A stretch of DNA of 60,309 nt, taken from the IMG/VR virus record IMGVR_UViG_3300035670_000225, positions 1-60,309 of that record; one strand, given 5' to 3'. Positions within the stretch are counted from its first letter, which is position 1. Each line of letters starts with the position of its first letter. Below, piece by piece: positions 1 to 8,403 of the stretch. The DNA comes from a virus. Its lineage: Duplodnaviria; Caudoviricetes. The translations under genes were made by a program, and so were the position numbers. The notes beneath the pieces were generated by a model. That model was not told where the DNA came from and did not search any database. It worked only from the letters and a program-made list of their open reading frames with translations.

Positions 1-705
1 ACGTTTAAGTCTTGCGGGCATTCTAATTTTTGCCCGGCTTGCTGGGGCGCCGTAGCAATGCGGCAGTACCAGCAGTTTCGCGCGCTGATTAACGAAATTA
101 TGCGGCAGGGGCCGTTAGGGCGCGTGTGCGTCACGGCGTACATCACGGAGCAAGCCGTACCCGCGCCGTTCAGCGATATGTACGCGGGCGCGACAACAGA
201 GGAAATCGGCGCAGCATGTTTGGTGCTGCGGCGCGAAATTGCGCGCTGTAAAAATTTGATTACACGGCGGCGAAAACAAATTCAACGCACGACGTTTGGG
301 GCGTATTGGCACATTGTTCCGATTCCTGCCGAGACGGGCTGGCGCCTGCAATTTCGTCAGTTGTTTTTGTCGCCGCCCGAGACGCCACCTCCCACCGAGC
401 GCGTGCGCGCACTTAATACGCGTGTTTTTCGAAAGAAAACAATTGCGTTGTCTGGCGGTAAGAACTGGCAAGAACGCCGGCTTGATGCCGCGGAAAATGA
501 TATCAATGACATGATGGTCGAGTTCTTGCAGTACCCCGCCGAGTTGCTGACTGAGCAAATTGATTTGGCTGCGGTGGCGCTACACGCGACCGCCAAGCAA
601 AGAATGCTGGGCGGCTATGGCGCGTTTCGAAGCGCCGGCAGCAGCCTGTTAAAAAAGATGCGACAGCAGGAACAATCCGAACATGTCCGACAGCGGCGCG
701 CCTAA
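1..705 (+). CDS. 5'-truncated ORF resembling a rolling-circle Rep_1/HUH protein with degenerate catalytic motifs
   Basis: Frame is open from base 1 (TFKSCGHSNFCPACW...). It has a C-x5-CPxC motif, GWRLQFRQLFL at the HUH position and RMLGGYGAFR near the C-terminus. Confidence 0.4.
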   Translation, partial: TFKSCGHSNFCPACWGAVAMRQYQQFRALINEIMRQGPLGRVCVTAYITEQAVPAPFSDMYAGATTEEIGAACLVLRREIARCKNLITRRRKQIQRTTFGAYWHIVPIPAETGWRLQFRQLFLSPPETPPPTERVRALNTRVFRKKTIALSGGKNWQERRLDAAENDINDMMVEFLQYPAELLTEQIDLAAVALHATAKQRMLGGYGAFRSAGSSLLKKMRQQEQSEHVRQRRA

Positions 706-1927
706 GCAACCGGTGCGGCAAAATAAAGTTCGCCGTAACGCTGAGTCGTTGCGGCGGTACGGGCGCAACCCGCGGCAGGTGTGGCATGAGTATCCAGCCG
801 TAAAAGCACGGCTTGTGTACGCCTGCAACCTTCTCTTCAACGGCGACGCCCACGAGTTCGCTGCGGCTGTTGGGGTGTGCTACCGGCATTTTTATCGCGT
901 GCTGTATGGGCACTCTCGCCTCAGCGTTAGCATGGCTGCGCAGATCGTCACAAAAACCGGCATCCGCGCCGAGTGGCTGTTGAGCGGAGCCGGCGACATC
1001 TGCTCGCCGGCGGCTGCCGGAGAGCACCTAGTTTTGCCGCCGCGGATGCAGAGTAGTTTTCGGTTGTTTGATGCTGCTGCGCACAACCCCGGGACCGAAT
1101 TTTTTCCTGCTGAACTTATATCTTTTGCTGACGCACCTGTTTCAAACTTACAGTCTTACGAAGCCGCTGGTATTTCCATATACGCAGCGCATTCCAACCA
1201 AAAGCCTGTTGGGTTTTTTTTAGGTAGCGAAATATTTGCCGCTCCTGCGGCGCACATAGTGGCGCCGTTTTTCGACGCACGCTACGCCGATTTTTTGGTG
1301 CTAACGCTGGCAGCCGCGGCGCACGACATTCAAGCCACGCACCCCGAGCAGCCGATAGATATCAATTCCGTCGCCCGTTTTGCGGCGGCGCGCGGCATCG
1401 GTTACGGCGAAGCGCTGGGTCTTGTTGGCCTAAACCGCGGCGGCGATCGCAGCAAGAGTCTGCTGGCGACTGTGCTCGACAAAAGCCTGCCAGCAGTCGT
1501 TGCCGTCGAGATCGGCGAACTGGGCCGGCACACAAGCACGCCTGTTCGCGGCGCGGAGACCGGCGCCGCTATTGGCGCCGCCGCATATACCGACCTTTTC
1601 GTCTACACCGAACAACTGAGAAATTTCTTTGGCAATCCCGGCGGCGTCATGATCGTTGCCGGCGACTGCGTTCGCGGCGTTCGTTTGTTTTTAGCGCGGT
1701 TAGAGTCGCTAAAACTTGTTGAGCCCGCACAATCTGGATTTACATTCGTTTTATTTTCTAAGCCGGACGACACACTTCAAACAGAAATTCAACTCCGCGG
1801 CGGTCACGTCATCTTTTTAGACCCACCAACAATAACGACGATAAGTCAGTTATTTCAAACATGCAACGACGTGTACGCGGGAAAGATTAACCATGAACGA
1901 CGAACACCCTATCGCGACAGCATTTGA
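683..1927 (+). CDS. Cro/CI-type HTH fused to a deoxyhypusine-synthase-like domain
   Basis: N-terminal EFAAAVGV...AEWLLSGAG matches a phage-repressor HTH. C-terminal KPVGFFLG, GIGYGEALG, SLLA, GAAIG and GGV match the bacterial DHS-like family pattern. Confidence 0.6.
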   Translation: MSDSGAPKQPVRQNKVRRNAESLRRYGRNPRQVWHEYPAVKARLVYACNLLFNGDAHEFAAAVGVCYRHFYRVLYGHSRLSVSMAAQIVTKTGIRAEWLLSGAGDICSPAAAGEHLVLPPRMQSSFRLFDAAAHNPGTEFFPAELISFADAPVSNLQSYEAAGISIYAAHSNQKPVGFFLGSEIFAAPAAHIVAPFFDARYADFLVLTLAAAAHDIQATHPEQPIDINSVARFAAARGIGYGEALGLVGLNRGGDRSKSLLATVLDKSLPAVVAVEIGELGRHTSTPVRGAETGAAIGAAAYTDLFVYTEQLRNFFGNPGGVMIVAGDCVRGVRLFLARLESLKLVEPAQSGFTFVLFSKPDDTLQTEIQLRGGHVIFLDPPTITTISQLFQTCNDVYAGKINHERRTPYRDSI

Positions 1928-3029
1928 CAGTTTTATTGATAATCTCGCCGGGCACGAAACGCCTGACAAACTATTTTTTACGGCCGGCATTGTTGAACTG
2001 CTGCGGCATTCAAAATCTTCTAAGACAGGGTTTGCGCTGGCGGAGTTGCTGGCGAGCCTGCCGGCCGTCGAATGGAGTCGGATTCCGTTTTCTATTACAA
2101 AGACCATATTGTCTGACAAGTACAAAAAGATGGTCAGGCAACTTGGCGTGCCAGAAGAACTTGTCACGGCCGTTCTGCTGACTGGCTTGTGTGATTTTCT
2201 TGCGCACATCGAAGAGCAACCGCCGACAGAAGATTTGCTTCAAATACTGGTCTGCGAAATAGCCCGCGCCAACGCAGAGAAGCCGGCGCTCTCCGACGCG
2301 CCCAAACCTTCAGAACTTTTCAATCACTGGATGGTGAAGCGCGTGTTTGATCCCGCTGAAATTGACGATGACACGTTGACAAAAATTGACGCTGAACTGG
2401 TTTATTTTTCCGCCGCGCTTGCAAACGGCCATATGGGTCCGGACATTCGCGGCCTTGCTTTTGACAACGGCACAAACCAGTATTTTGTGTTGCTGGAAAG
2501 CGGCGAGTTTGTCGTGGTTCCAAAAGACTACGAGCACATTCGCATCGTCACAAAAGACGTTTTGTTTCCGGACGCGCCTACAGCGTTGTTTTTATCTGCA
2601 TGTGTTGCCGCGCAGCAATTGGAGATGCATGCGGTTATTTCAAAGCCGCAAGAAGAATTTGTTGCCGCTGGTAATTTGGGCAAGCCGTTAAAACCGCTCG
2701 TACCTGCGGTTGCGTCTGTAGAAGATATCGCAGCGTTAGAGCGCGTGTTTGACATTGGCCGAGAATCTGCTAGGCTCGGCATCACAGGCGCCACGGGACC
2801 TGTGGGCGCGATTGTGCGCTTCCCGATCCCAGAAACCGACTTGATTGTTGTGTTAGACGCAAATCAAGATTCTTTAGGGCCGTATAGCACGGCCCGCCTC
2901 GTTCGCGTAAACGAGACAGGCACGGAAACCGTGCTGATGCGGCACGAGACGCCGCGCCTTTATTCGTTACGCGGCGTGTATTTGTTTCCTTTGAAAGATC
3001 AACTGATTTCACTCACCGTTATGTTTTGA
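1893..3029 (+). CDS. hypothetical protein
   Basis: 378-aa ORF in a tightly packed + strand run. Confidence 0.75.
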   Translation: MNDEHPIATAFDSFIDNLAGHETPDKLFFTAGIVELLRHSKSSKTGFALAELLASLPAVEWSRIPFSITKTILSDKYKKMVRQLGVPEELVTAVLLTGLCDFLAHIEEQPPTEDLLQILVCEIARANAEKPALSDAPKPSELFNHWMVKRVFDPAEIDDDTLTKIDAELVYFSAALANGHMGPDIRGLAFDNGTNQYFVLLESGEFVVVPKDYEHIRIVTKDVLFPDAPTALFLSACVAAQQLEMHAVISKPQEEFVAAGNLGKPLKPLVPAVASVEDIAALERVFDIGRESARLGITGATGPVGAIVRFPIPETDLIVVLDANQDSLGPYSTARLVRVNETGTETVLMRHETPRLYSLRGVYLFPLKDQLISLTVMF

Positions 3030-3036
3030 GTGCTTT

Positions 3037-3312
3037 ATGACAAACGCAGATTTTGCTGATTTTGATGACTACGAGCCGACGACCGAAGGCCTTGAGCCGT
3101 ATGAAGCGTATTTGTCTGTTCGTGGTTTGTTATGCCTGAGATTTGGCAAAGAACACGGCGACGAGGTGTACGCGCTTTTGCAGCGCGCGGCACAAGGCGC
3201 CGCCGATGAGATCGACGCCCCGACGACGCCCGGCATTATTTTTAATGACGATGGCGGCGAATTCGTCGGGTTTGAGGCTAATCCCGAAAGCACGGAAGAG
3301 TACTACAACTAA
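3037..3312 (+). CDS. small acidic hypothetical protein
   Basis: 91-aa ORF; TAATG overlap with the next gene. Confidence 0.7.
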   Translation: MTNADFADFDDYEPTTEGLEPYEAYLSVRGLLCLRFGKEHGDEVYALLQRAAQGAADEIDAPTTPGIIFNDDGGEFVGFEANPESTEEYYN

Positions 3313-3890
3313 TGTATTTGTTTGTTGATACAGAGACGGGCGGGCTGACGCCGCAGCACAGTTTGCTTACTGTGTCTTGTATCGGCGTTGACGAGAACTT
3401 TGATATCATTTCGCGCAGCCCCCGCTGGCCGACCGGGCTGTATCTCAAACTCAAACACGAAGAGTATGCGCTTACAGCAGGCGCGCTCTCCGTGAACAAA
3501 ATAAACATTGTCGACCACAACGCCACCGGGCTGACGCTTCGGGACGCGCAAACTATGCTGTTAGCGTTTTTAGACGAAATGCTGCAACTGGCGGGAAAAA
3601 AGCGGCTGGTGCCGGCGGGGCACAACGTCGGTTTTGACGTGCAATTTATTCGCGCCAATTTGCTGGACGACGCGCAGTGGGATCGTTACTTTACGTACCC
3701 TGCGTTTGACACCGCAGCGATTGCGCGGTTTCTACACGCCGCGGGCAAGCACGATGGCGGCTATTCGCTTGGCCGGCTGCGCGACAAATTTGTGCCGCAC
3801 ATGAATAGCGGTGATTTACATAACGCGGAGGTCGATAATTTGACGACCATTGCGTTGGCCAAAAAATTTGTCGACATGGTGCCAAAATGA
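3312..3890 (+). CDS. DEDDh 3'-5' exonuclease (DnaQ/RNase T-like)
   Basis: ExoI VDTETGG, ExoII GHNVGFD, ExoIII HNAEVD. Confidence 0.9.
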   Translation: MYLFVDTETGGLTPQHSLLTVSCIGVDENFDIISRSPRWPTGLYLKLKHEEYALTAGALSVNKINIVDHNATGLTLRDAQTMLLAFLDEMLQLAGKKRLVPAGHNVGFDVQFIRANLLDDAQWDRYFTYPAFDTAAIARFLHAAGKHDGGYSLGRLRDKFVPHMNSGDLHNAEVDNLTTIALAKKFVDMVPK

Positions 3891-3903
3891 AATTGTCGGA
3901 AGA

Positions 3904-4036
3904 GCCGGCTTCCGTTCGTCCCGCAAAGTCGCTGCCCATCGACGGCGACCCGGCGCCCAAGTCGTGAGTGGGCTGTAACCACGAGGCTGGGGACGCTTAA
4001 ACAAGATGGACTCCTTTCAGGCGTGCCCCGGAAGTC
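3904..4036 (+). ncRNA. candidate structured RNA upstream of tRNA-Gln
   Basis: Long-range helix GGCTTCCG(3907-14)/CGGAAGTC(4029-36) encloses three hairpins (3928-49, 3962-84, 3989-4029); folded by eye. Confidence 0.3.
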
Positions 4037-4062
4037 GTCAACGCACGGATGCAAGCGCAGGT

Positions 4063-4133
4063 TGCCCGATGGTGTAACGGTAGCACAAGAGATTTTGGTT
4101 CTCTTTGTCTAGGTTCGAATCCTAGTCGGGCAT
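4063..4133 (+). tRNA. tRNA-Gln(UUG), CCA not encoded
   Basis: Acceptor TGCCCGA/TCGGGCA, anticodon arm AGAGA-TTTTGGT-TCTCT, T-arm CTAGG-TTCGAAT-CCTAG. Confidence 0.95.
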
Positions 4134-4170
4134 TGGTTCGATAGTTTTTATCTTGCAAGGACAATAATAC

Positions 4171-5508
4171 ATGCAAGCAGGCACATCGTTACCTCCGCAA
4201 CCGGCAGCGCGCGATCTTTTAGTAAAAGACGTGGTCCGCGAAATAAAAAACAACGAACTGATTAATCCGTTTTTTCAGCGCGAGTTTGTTTGGCCGGTTC
4301 AAAAACAAAAAGATTTTATCGACTACACTCTTCAAACAGGGCAGTTGTCGGCATCTTTGCACACGTACTGCGTAGAGGGCAGTTTAGTGCGGTATTTGAA
4401 GGACGGCAGACAGCGTATAACTACGTTGCGTTACGCAATCGACAGCCCAGAAAAATTCAATTTAAGTGAGGCCCAAGTTGAAGTTCTGAAACATGTTGGC
4501 GTGCACATCATGCACCGGCAACATGAAAATCACGACGTCGCGATGGTCGATTTTCAGAATTTGAACAAAGGCACAGGTCTTTTGCCGTACGATCTCTGGC
4601 GCGGCGAACTGACAAATACCGAAGTGGGCAAGCACGTTTACGAAAAGATTAAAACGGTTGTCACGCACGTGACCGCGGACCTTGCCGGAACAGACGTAGT
4701 CAAAAACAGCGATATGGCTTCTTCGCCCGGCGCGCACGGGCGTAAACGCAACGGGCAATTGCACCGCGGCGCGCTGGCTTTGTTTTACATGTGGATTTCA
4801 AAACAGCCAGTTATTGAAAACATTTTGACCCACAACACTTATTCCAAAAACGCGCAACCTGAAGTTTTGGTTGCTAATTTTATTCGCCAACAAAACTGGA
4901 CTGTAGATATCGCTGACAGGGAGATTCAACGCTTTTACGACTATTTGGCCAGTGTTGTGGCTTTGGTAAAACGTAGAATAGCCGCCCGTGACGCGGCTTT
5001 TTCTGCCGCTAATAAGTTATGGGAAATACAAGCCGTACGCGCTCTTTTAAACGCAGGCGTATTTATTCATTTACGAAAAGACTTGCCTGCAACGCTGCTA
5101 CAGTCGGTTGTCGACTGGTATTTGGAACGTGCGGATGGGTTCAAAAAATGGCGTTCACGGTTTGATGTTATATCGCGTTTCAAAATGGGCGAGAAAGAAG
5201 AGTGCCGTATGTCGCAGCACAATTTGTATTGGTTGCGTGAAGCCGCCGCCGCGTGCGAAACCGACATTGACAGAAAAACTACGACAAAGCCTATCGTAAA
5301 AGGCGTACAAGCAAAAAAAGGCTATCACATGAGTCATGTTGTGCCCGCGGTAGCCGGCGGCGTAGAAACAATTGTCGAAGACGCTATTTCAAACTTGTCG
5401 CGCGGTGCGCGACAAATGACGCCAGAAGAAGTTGCGTCTTTAACGTCTTCGGCGCCCAACGATTTACCCCAACAAACTGTTTTTCCATTTAACGAGGAGC
5501 AAAATTAA
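4171..5508 (+). CDS. DUF262 (GmrS/ParB-like) domain protein with a C-terminal HNH-like motif
   Basis: FQREFVW, DGRQRITTL and FQNLNKG motifs; C-terminal HMSHVVP..GG...N..RG. Confidence 0.75.
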   Translation: MQAGTSLPPQPAARDLLVKDVVREIKNNELINPFFQREFVWPVQKQKDFIDYTLQTGQLSASLHTYCVEGSLVRYLKDGRQRITTLRYAIDSPEKFNLSEAQVEVLKHVGVHIMHRQHENHDVAMVDFQNLNKGTGLLPYDLWRGELTNTEVGKHVYEKIKTVVTHVTADLAGTDVVKNSDMASSPGAHGRKRNGQLHRGALALFYMWISKQPVIENILTHNTYSKNAQPEVLVANFIRQQNWTVDIADREIQRFYDYLASVVALVKRRIAARDAAFSAANKLWEIQAVRALLNAGVFIHLRKDLPATLLQSVVDWYLERADGFKKWRSRFDVISRFKMGEKEECRMSQHNLYWLREAAAACETDIDRKTTTKPIVKGVQAKKGYHMSHVVPAVAGGVETIVEDAISNLSRGARQMTPEEVASLTSSAPNDLPQQTVFPFNEEQN

Positions 5509-5510
5509 AC

Positions 5511-5765
5511 ATGCTCTGTTCAATCTGTTTCAACGACATTCCCAGCGTCAACGGCTGGGACTCTGGCAACAACGCAGCGCCGGTCAATCACGGCCGCTGC
5601 TGCAATGACTGCGACAACAATGTGGTGTTTCCGGCGCGGCTCAATATGATGATGCGCGGCGTATCGAACGAGGTGTTTATGGCCATGCAACGCGAGCAGT
5701 TTGAAAGCATGCAGCGCGTGATGGCGGCACAGGTAGAAACGGCTGAGGTACAGGCTGATGGCTAA
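5511..5765 (+). CDS. small zinc-finger-like protein
   Basis: CSIC...CCNDC; SD GAGG upstream. Confidence 0.7.
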   Translation: MLCSICFNDIPSVNGWDSGNNAAPVNHGRCCNDCDNNVVFPARLNMMMRGVSNEVFMAMQREQFESMQRVMAAQVETAEVQADG

Positions 5766-5919
5766 CACGCACATGACCCTTGACGATTTGCGCAAGTCAC
5801 TCAATAACTTTATGCCTGTATGGTTTGAGATCGAACGTTCCGACGACGGCGAGATCGTGATTCGCACCGGGCTGGTCGAAAACGCTGACGGCGAACTCGT
5901 ATCTATGGATGATGCGTAA
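5758..5919 (+). CDS. small hypothetical protein (53 aa, not in ORF track)
   Basis: MANTHMTLDDLRKSL...SMDDA; fills the gap and overlaps both neighbours. Confidence 0.6.
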   Translation: MANTHMTLDDLRKSLNNFMPVWFEIERSDDGEIVIRTGLVENADGELVSMDDA

Positions 5920-6398
5920 TGACTAAAGAACAAGAGCCGGCAGCATGGGCAGTGTGGTCGCGGCAAAGCGGGTGTTTGGCGGCATCCGTTCGCCGCGAAG
6001 ACGCAGTTGATATGCAATCTGAGTTTGAGGTCTATACCGACATTGTTCCGCTTTATTTATCGTCGCCACTTACCGACACGGAACGGGAGGCGATCCTGTT
6101 TTGCGTCAGTTGCGCGCAGGACTACCGCGATACGCTGGACGGTAGCGAGGAACGCGCCACGCAAATGATCGAAACAGCGATGCGGTTCGCCATGCCACCA
6201 GTCGGCCCTGCTCCCGTCGAAGGCCCTCGCACCGCGTCGGTCACTGATGTAGGCGGGGCGGGGCCGACGCTCGCCGACGAGGAGCGGGAGGCGATTGAAA
6301 TGGCGATCCGGCGAGAACGCGGCGAGTGGTACGGGAACCCAGATTACATGCGGGCTATTACGCTGCGGGGGCTGCTGGAGAGGACACGCAATGGCTGA
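5919..6398 (+). CDS. hypothetical protein with LTDxEREAI / TLRGLLERT modules
   Basis: Two EREAI motifs and one TLRGLLERT motif. Confidence 0.7.
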   Translation: MTKEQEPAAWAVWSRQSGCLAASVRREDAVDMQSEFEVYTDIVPLYLSSPLTDTEREAILFCVSCAQDYRDTLDGSEERATQMIETAMRFAMPPVGPAPVEGPRTASVTDVGGAGPTLADEEREAIEMAIRRERGEWYGNPDYMRAITLRGLLERTRNG

Positions 6399-6725
6399 CG
6401 GCAAGGGATGCAAGTGTGCGGCACATTCCGAATCCGAGTGCGGCTGCGATGCCGATTGGACCCCGCAAGAGGTTTACGATCTGCGGGCCGAGATCGAACG
6501 GCTGCGCGAGGCCATTCGCCGCCTCGCGGAGCAGGACGCCACACTGTCTGTCTGCGACGGCAATGTGACGGTGGCGATGGACGCCACCCTCACCGACGCG
6601 GAGCGGGAGGCGATACAGCGATCCATCTTAGAACTGGACGGAATTATGCAGGAGTTTATCCCTACGCCAGTGGAGACACGGCTGCGACGGCATGTGTCCA
6701 CGCTGCGGGGGCTGCTGGAGCGGAC
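6069..6725 (+). repeat. dispersed direct repeats (two motif types)
   Basis: ct.[ag]ccgac..gga.cgggaggcgat at 6069, 6270 and 6589; acgctgcgggggctgctggag.ggac at 6360 and 6700. Confidence 0.85.
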
Positions 6726-6732
6726 GAAGTGA
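6391..6732 (+). CDS. hypothetical protein with Cys-rich N-terminus and an EREAI...TLRGLLERT module
   Basis: Start at MADGKGCKC after GAGAGGA; the ORF-track start at 6295 overlaps the previous gene. Confidence 0.65.
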   Translation: MADGKGCKCAAHSESECGCDADWTPQEVYDLRAEIERLREAIRRLAEQDATLSVCDGNVTVAMDATLTDAEREAIQRSILELDGIMQEFIPTPVETRLRRHVSTLRGLLERTK

Positions 6733-6950
6733 ACGCCGATATCGTGCACCGACTGACGCTATGGGCTGCCCGTCAGCCGCGCACGGAAGGCGCCCAGTTA
6801 GCGCTAGAGGCCGCAGCGCACATCGAGTCTCTGCGCCGCGAGGTACGAACTCAGCGGGCAGAGATTGCGCAGCATATCAGCGTGCGAAACGCAATTTTGG
6901 AAATGGATAAGCCGCCAGAGCACGGAAATATTTTACTGGAGGATAAATGA
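6729..6950 (+). CDS. small coiled-coil phage protein (DIVxRL...EAAxxIExLR type)
   Basis: GTG start overlapping the upstream TGA. Confidence 0.6.
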   Translation: MNADIVHRLTLWAARQPRTEGAQLALEAAAHIESLRREVRTQRAEIAQHISVRNAILEMDKPPEHGNILLEDK

Positions 6951-7255
6951 CGTTTCAAGAACTGGAAGAGAAAGTATTGCTGTGGGCAGCGGACCGAAAG
7001 ATCATCCCTAACAGCAACCCGACAGCGCAACTTATGAAGACGATGTCGGAGTTGGGCGAGTTAGCCGACGCCACGCTCAAAGGCGACGACATCGGCATTA
7101 TGGACGGGGTCGGCGATGTGCTGGTGACTTTGATCCTGTATTGCGAACTGCAGGGCCTCAGCGCGGTTCGTTGTTTAAAAAGCGCTTACGACGAAATTAA
7201 AGATCGCAAAGGCACCCTGACGCCTGAAGGTATTTTCGTAAAGGAGGCTACGTAG
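6947..7255 (+). CDS. mazG: MazG-like nucleotide pyrophosphohydrolase
   Basis: KTMSELGELADA...DGVGDVLVTL...AYDEIKDRKG. Confidence 0.85.
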   Translation: MTFQELEEKVLLWAADRKIIPNSNPTAQLMKTMSELGELADATLKGDDIGIMDGVGDVLVTLILYCELQGLSAVRCLKSAYDEIKDRKGTLTPEGIFVKEAT

Positions 7256-7257
7256 TC

Positions 7258-7491
7258 ATGACTCATATCAGCGATATGTTTGTCGACCCGGACATTGTGG
7301 GCGAGGCTGAATATCGCGTAATTTATGAAACGCTAGAAGACGTATGGCAAGATTTGCACGACCACGAGGCCGATACTGATCCGGCGCAAAAAGTGGATAC
7401 GCTTATTGCCGTGCTCAACGAATTTATTTCCAGCGCCGAGGCGTTAAAACGTCGCGCGCGCGTCTGGAAACAACGCGTGCGGCAAGCGTAG
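7258..7491 (+). CDS. hypothetical protein
   Basis: 77-aa ORF starting 2 nt after the mazG stop. Confidence 0.6.
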   Translation: MTHISDMFVDPDIVGEAEYRVIYETLEDVWQDLHDHEADTDPAQKVDTLIAVLNEFISSAEALKRRARVWKQRVRQA

Positions 7492-7514
7492 TTTTTACAG
7501 ACAAGGACGTCGAA

Positions 7515-7712
7515 ATGTTTGACGGCAAGTATCGTATCGGCGATAAAGTGTCAGTTAAAATTGGAGACCGCCCGCCGATCGTTTTTACGATACTCGAATG
7601 CGTAACGCGAGACCGCCCGCACTACAAATTTGACTGGGCAGAACACGGATTTAATGCTATCTTAAATACTGTAGCAATCCCGGAAAGTTCTGTGCTAGAT
7701 CAAAACGTGTAG
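7515..7712 (+). CDS. small SH3/KOW-like hypothetical protein
   Basis: KYRIGDKV N-terminal pattern; SD AAGGA. Confidence 0.55.
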   Translation: MFDGKYRIGDKVSVKIGDRPPIVFTILECVTRDRPHYKFDWAEHGFNAILNTVAIPESSVLDQNV

Positions 7713-7723
7713 CGCGGTGCAAT

Positions 7724-8392
7724 ATGTCTTTTGCCGGAATGTCTCAGGCGGAAATGCAATTCATCCGCTTGTACGTAGCGACACTGCGCCGCGAATATTA
7801 CTTGCTGCGCTCTGTAATGGATTTGATGCATCCGTCCGGTTTAGGTTTAAAAAGTTTTATTGACGCGACGAACGCTGCTGTCGCGCTGGATGAAATGCAT
7901 CAGGACTTTGAGGCAAACATAAGCCGCATTCAAAAGAAACGAAAAATGCGGAAAATTGCCGTGCCGCAAGGGCCGACAACTGACGAACTTGCAGATATGT
8001 TTTCGCTGTCGTTTTTCAAACTGGTAACAGTCACTGAAAAACCTAACGAAACAGGCGTCGTAGATTCGGTCAAACAGGACGACGGTTGGTTTAGCGGAAA
8101 ACCGGCCGAGTGGAAAAAAACACTGGCGCTGTATAAAAACACGCCAAAATCCGCTGGCGATAATCTGCCTAACTTGTTGTCAAATTTTTTGGCAACTTTG
8201 TTGAAATTTTTTCCATTTGAGCCGGGGCAGAAAGACTGGCACAAATTTCCGTTTGGAACTACTAAAAAACTTTGGCCACCTCAAAACAATTACATAGAGG
8301 ACGAAGACGAGCAGTACTTCGACGAAGACGATGAAGACGACGGCATGTCAGAATTTGACATGTTTTTTGGGAACGATGATGACGATGAATAA
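7724..8392 (+). CDS. hypothetical protein with acidic C-terminal tail
   Basis: 222-aa ORF ending in D/E runs. Confidence 0.7.
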   Translation: MSFAGMSQAEMQFIRLYVATLRREYYLLRSVMDLMHPSGLGLKSFIDATNAAVALDEMHQDFEANISRIQKKRKMRKIAVPQGPTTDELADMFSLSFFKLVTVTEKPNETGVVDSVKQDDGWFSGKPAEWKKTLALYKNTPKSAGDNLPNLLSNFLATLLKFFPFEPGQKDWHKFPFGTTKKLWPPQNNYIEDEDEQYFDEDDEDDGMSEFDMFFGNDDDDE

Positions 8393-8403
8393 GAGGTTTT
8401 TGC

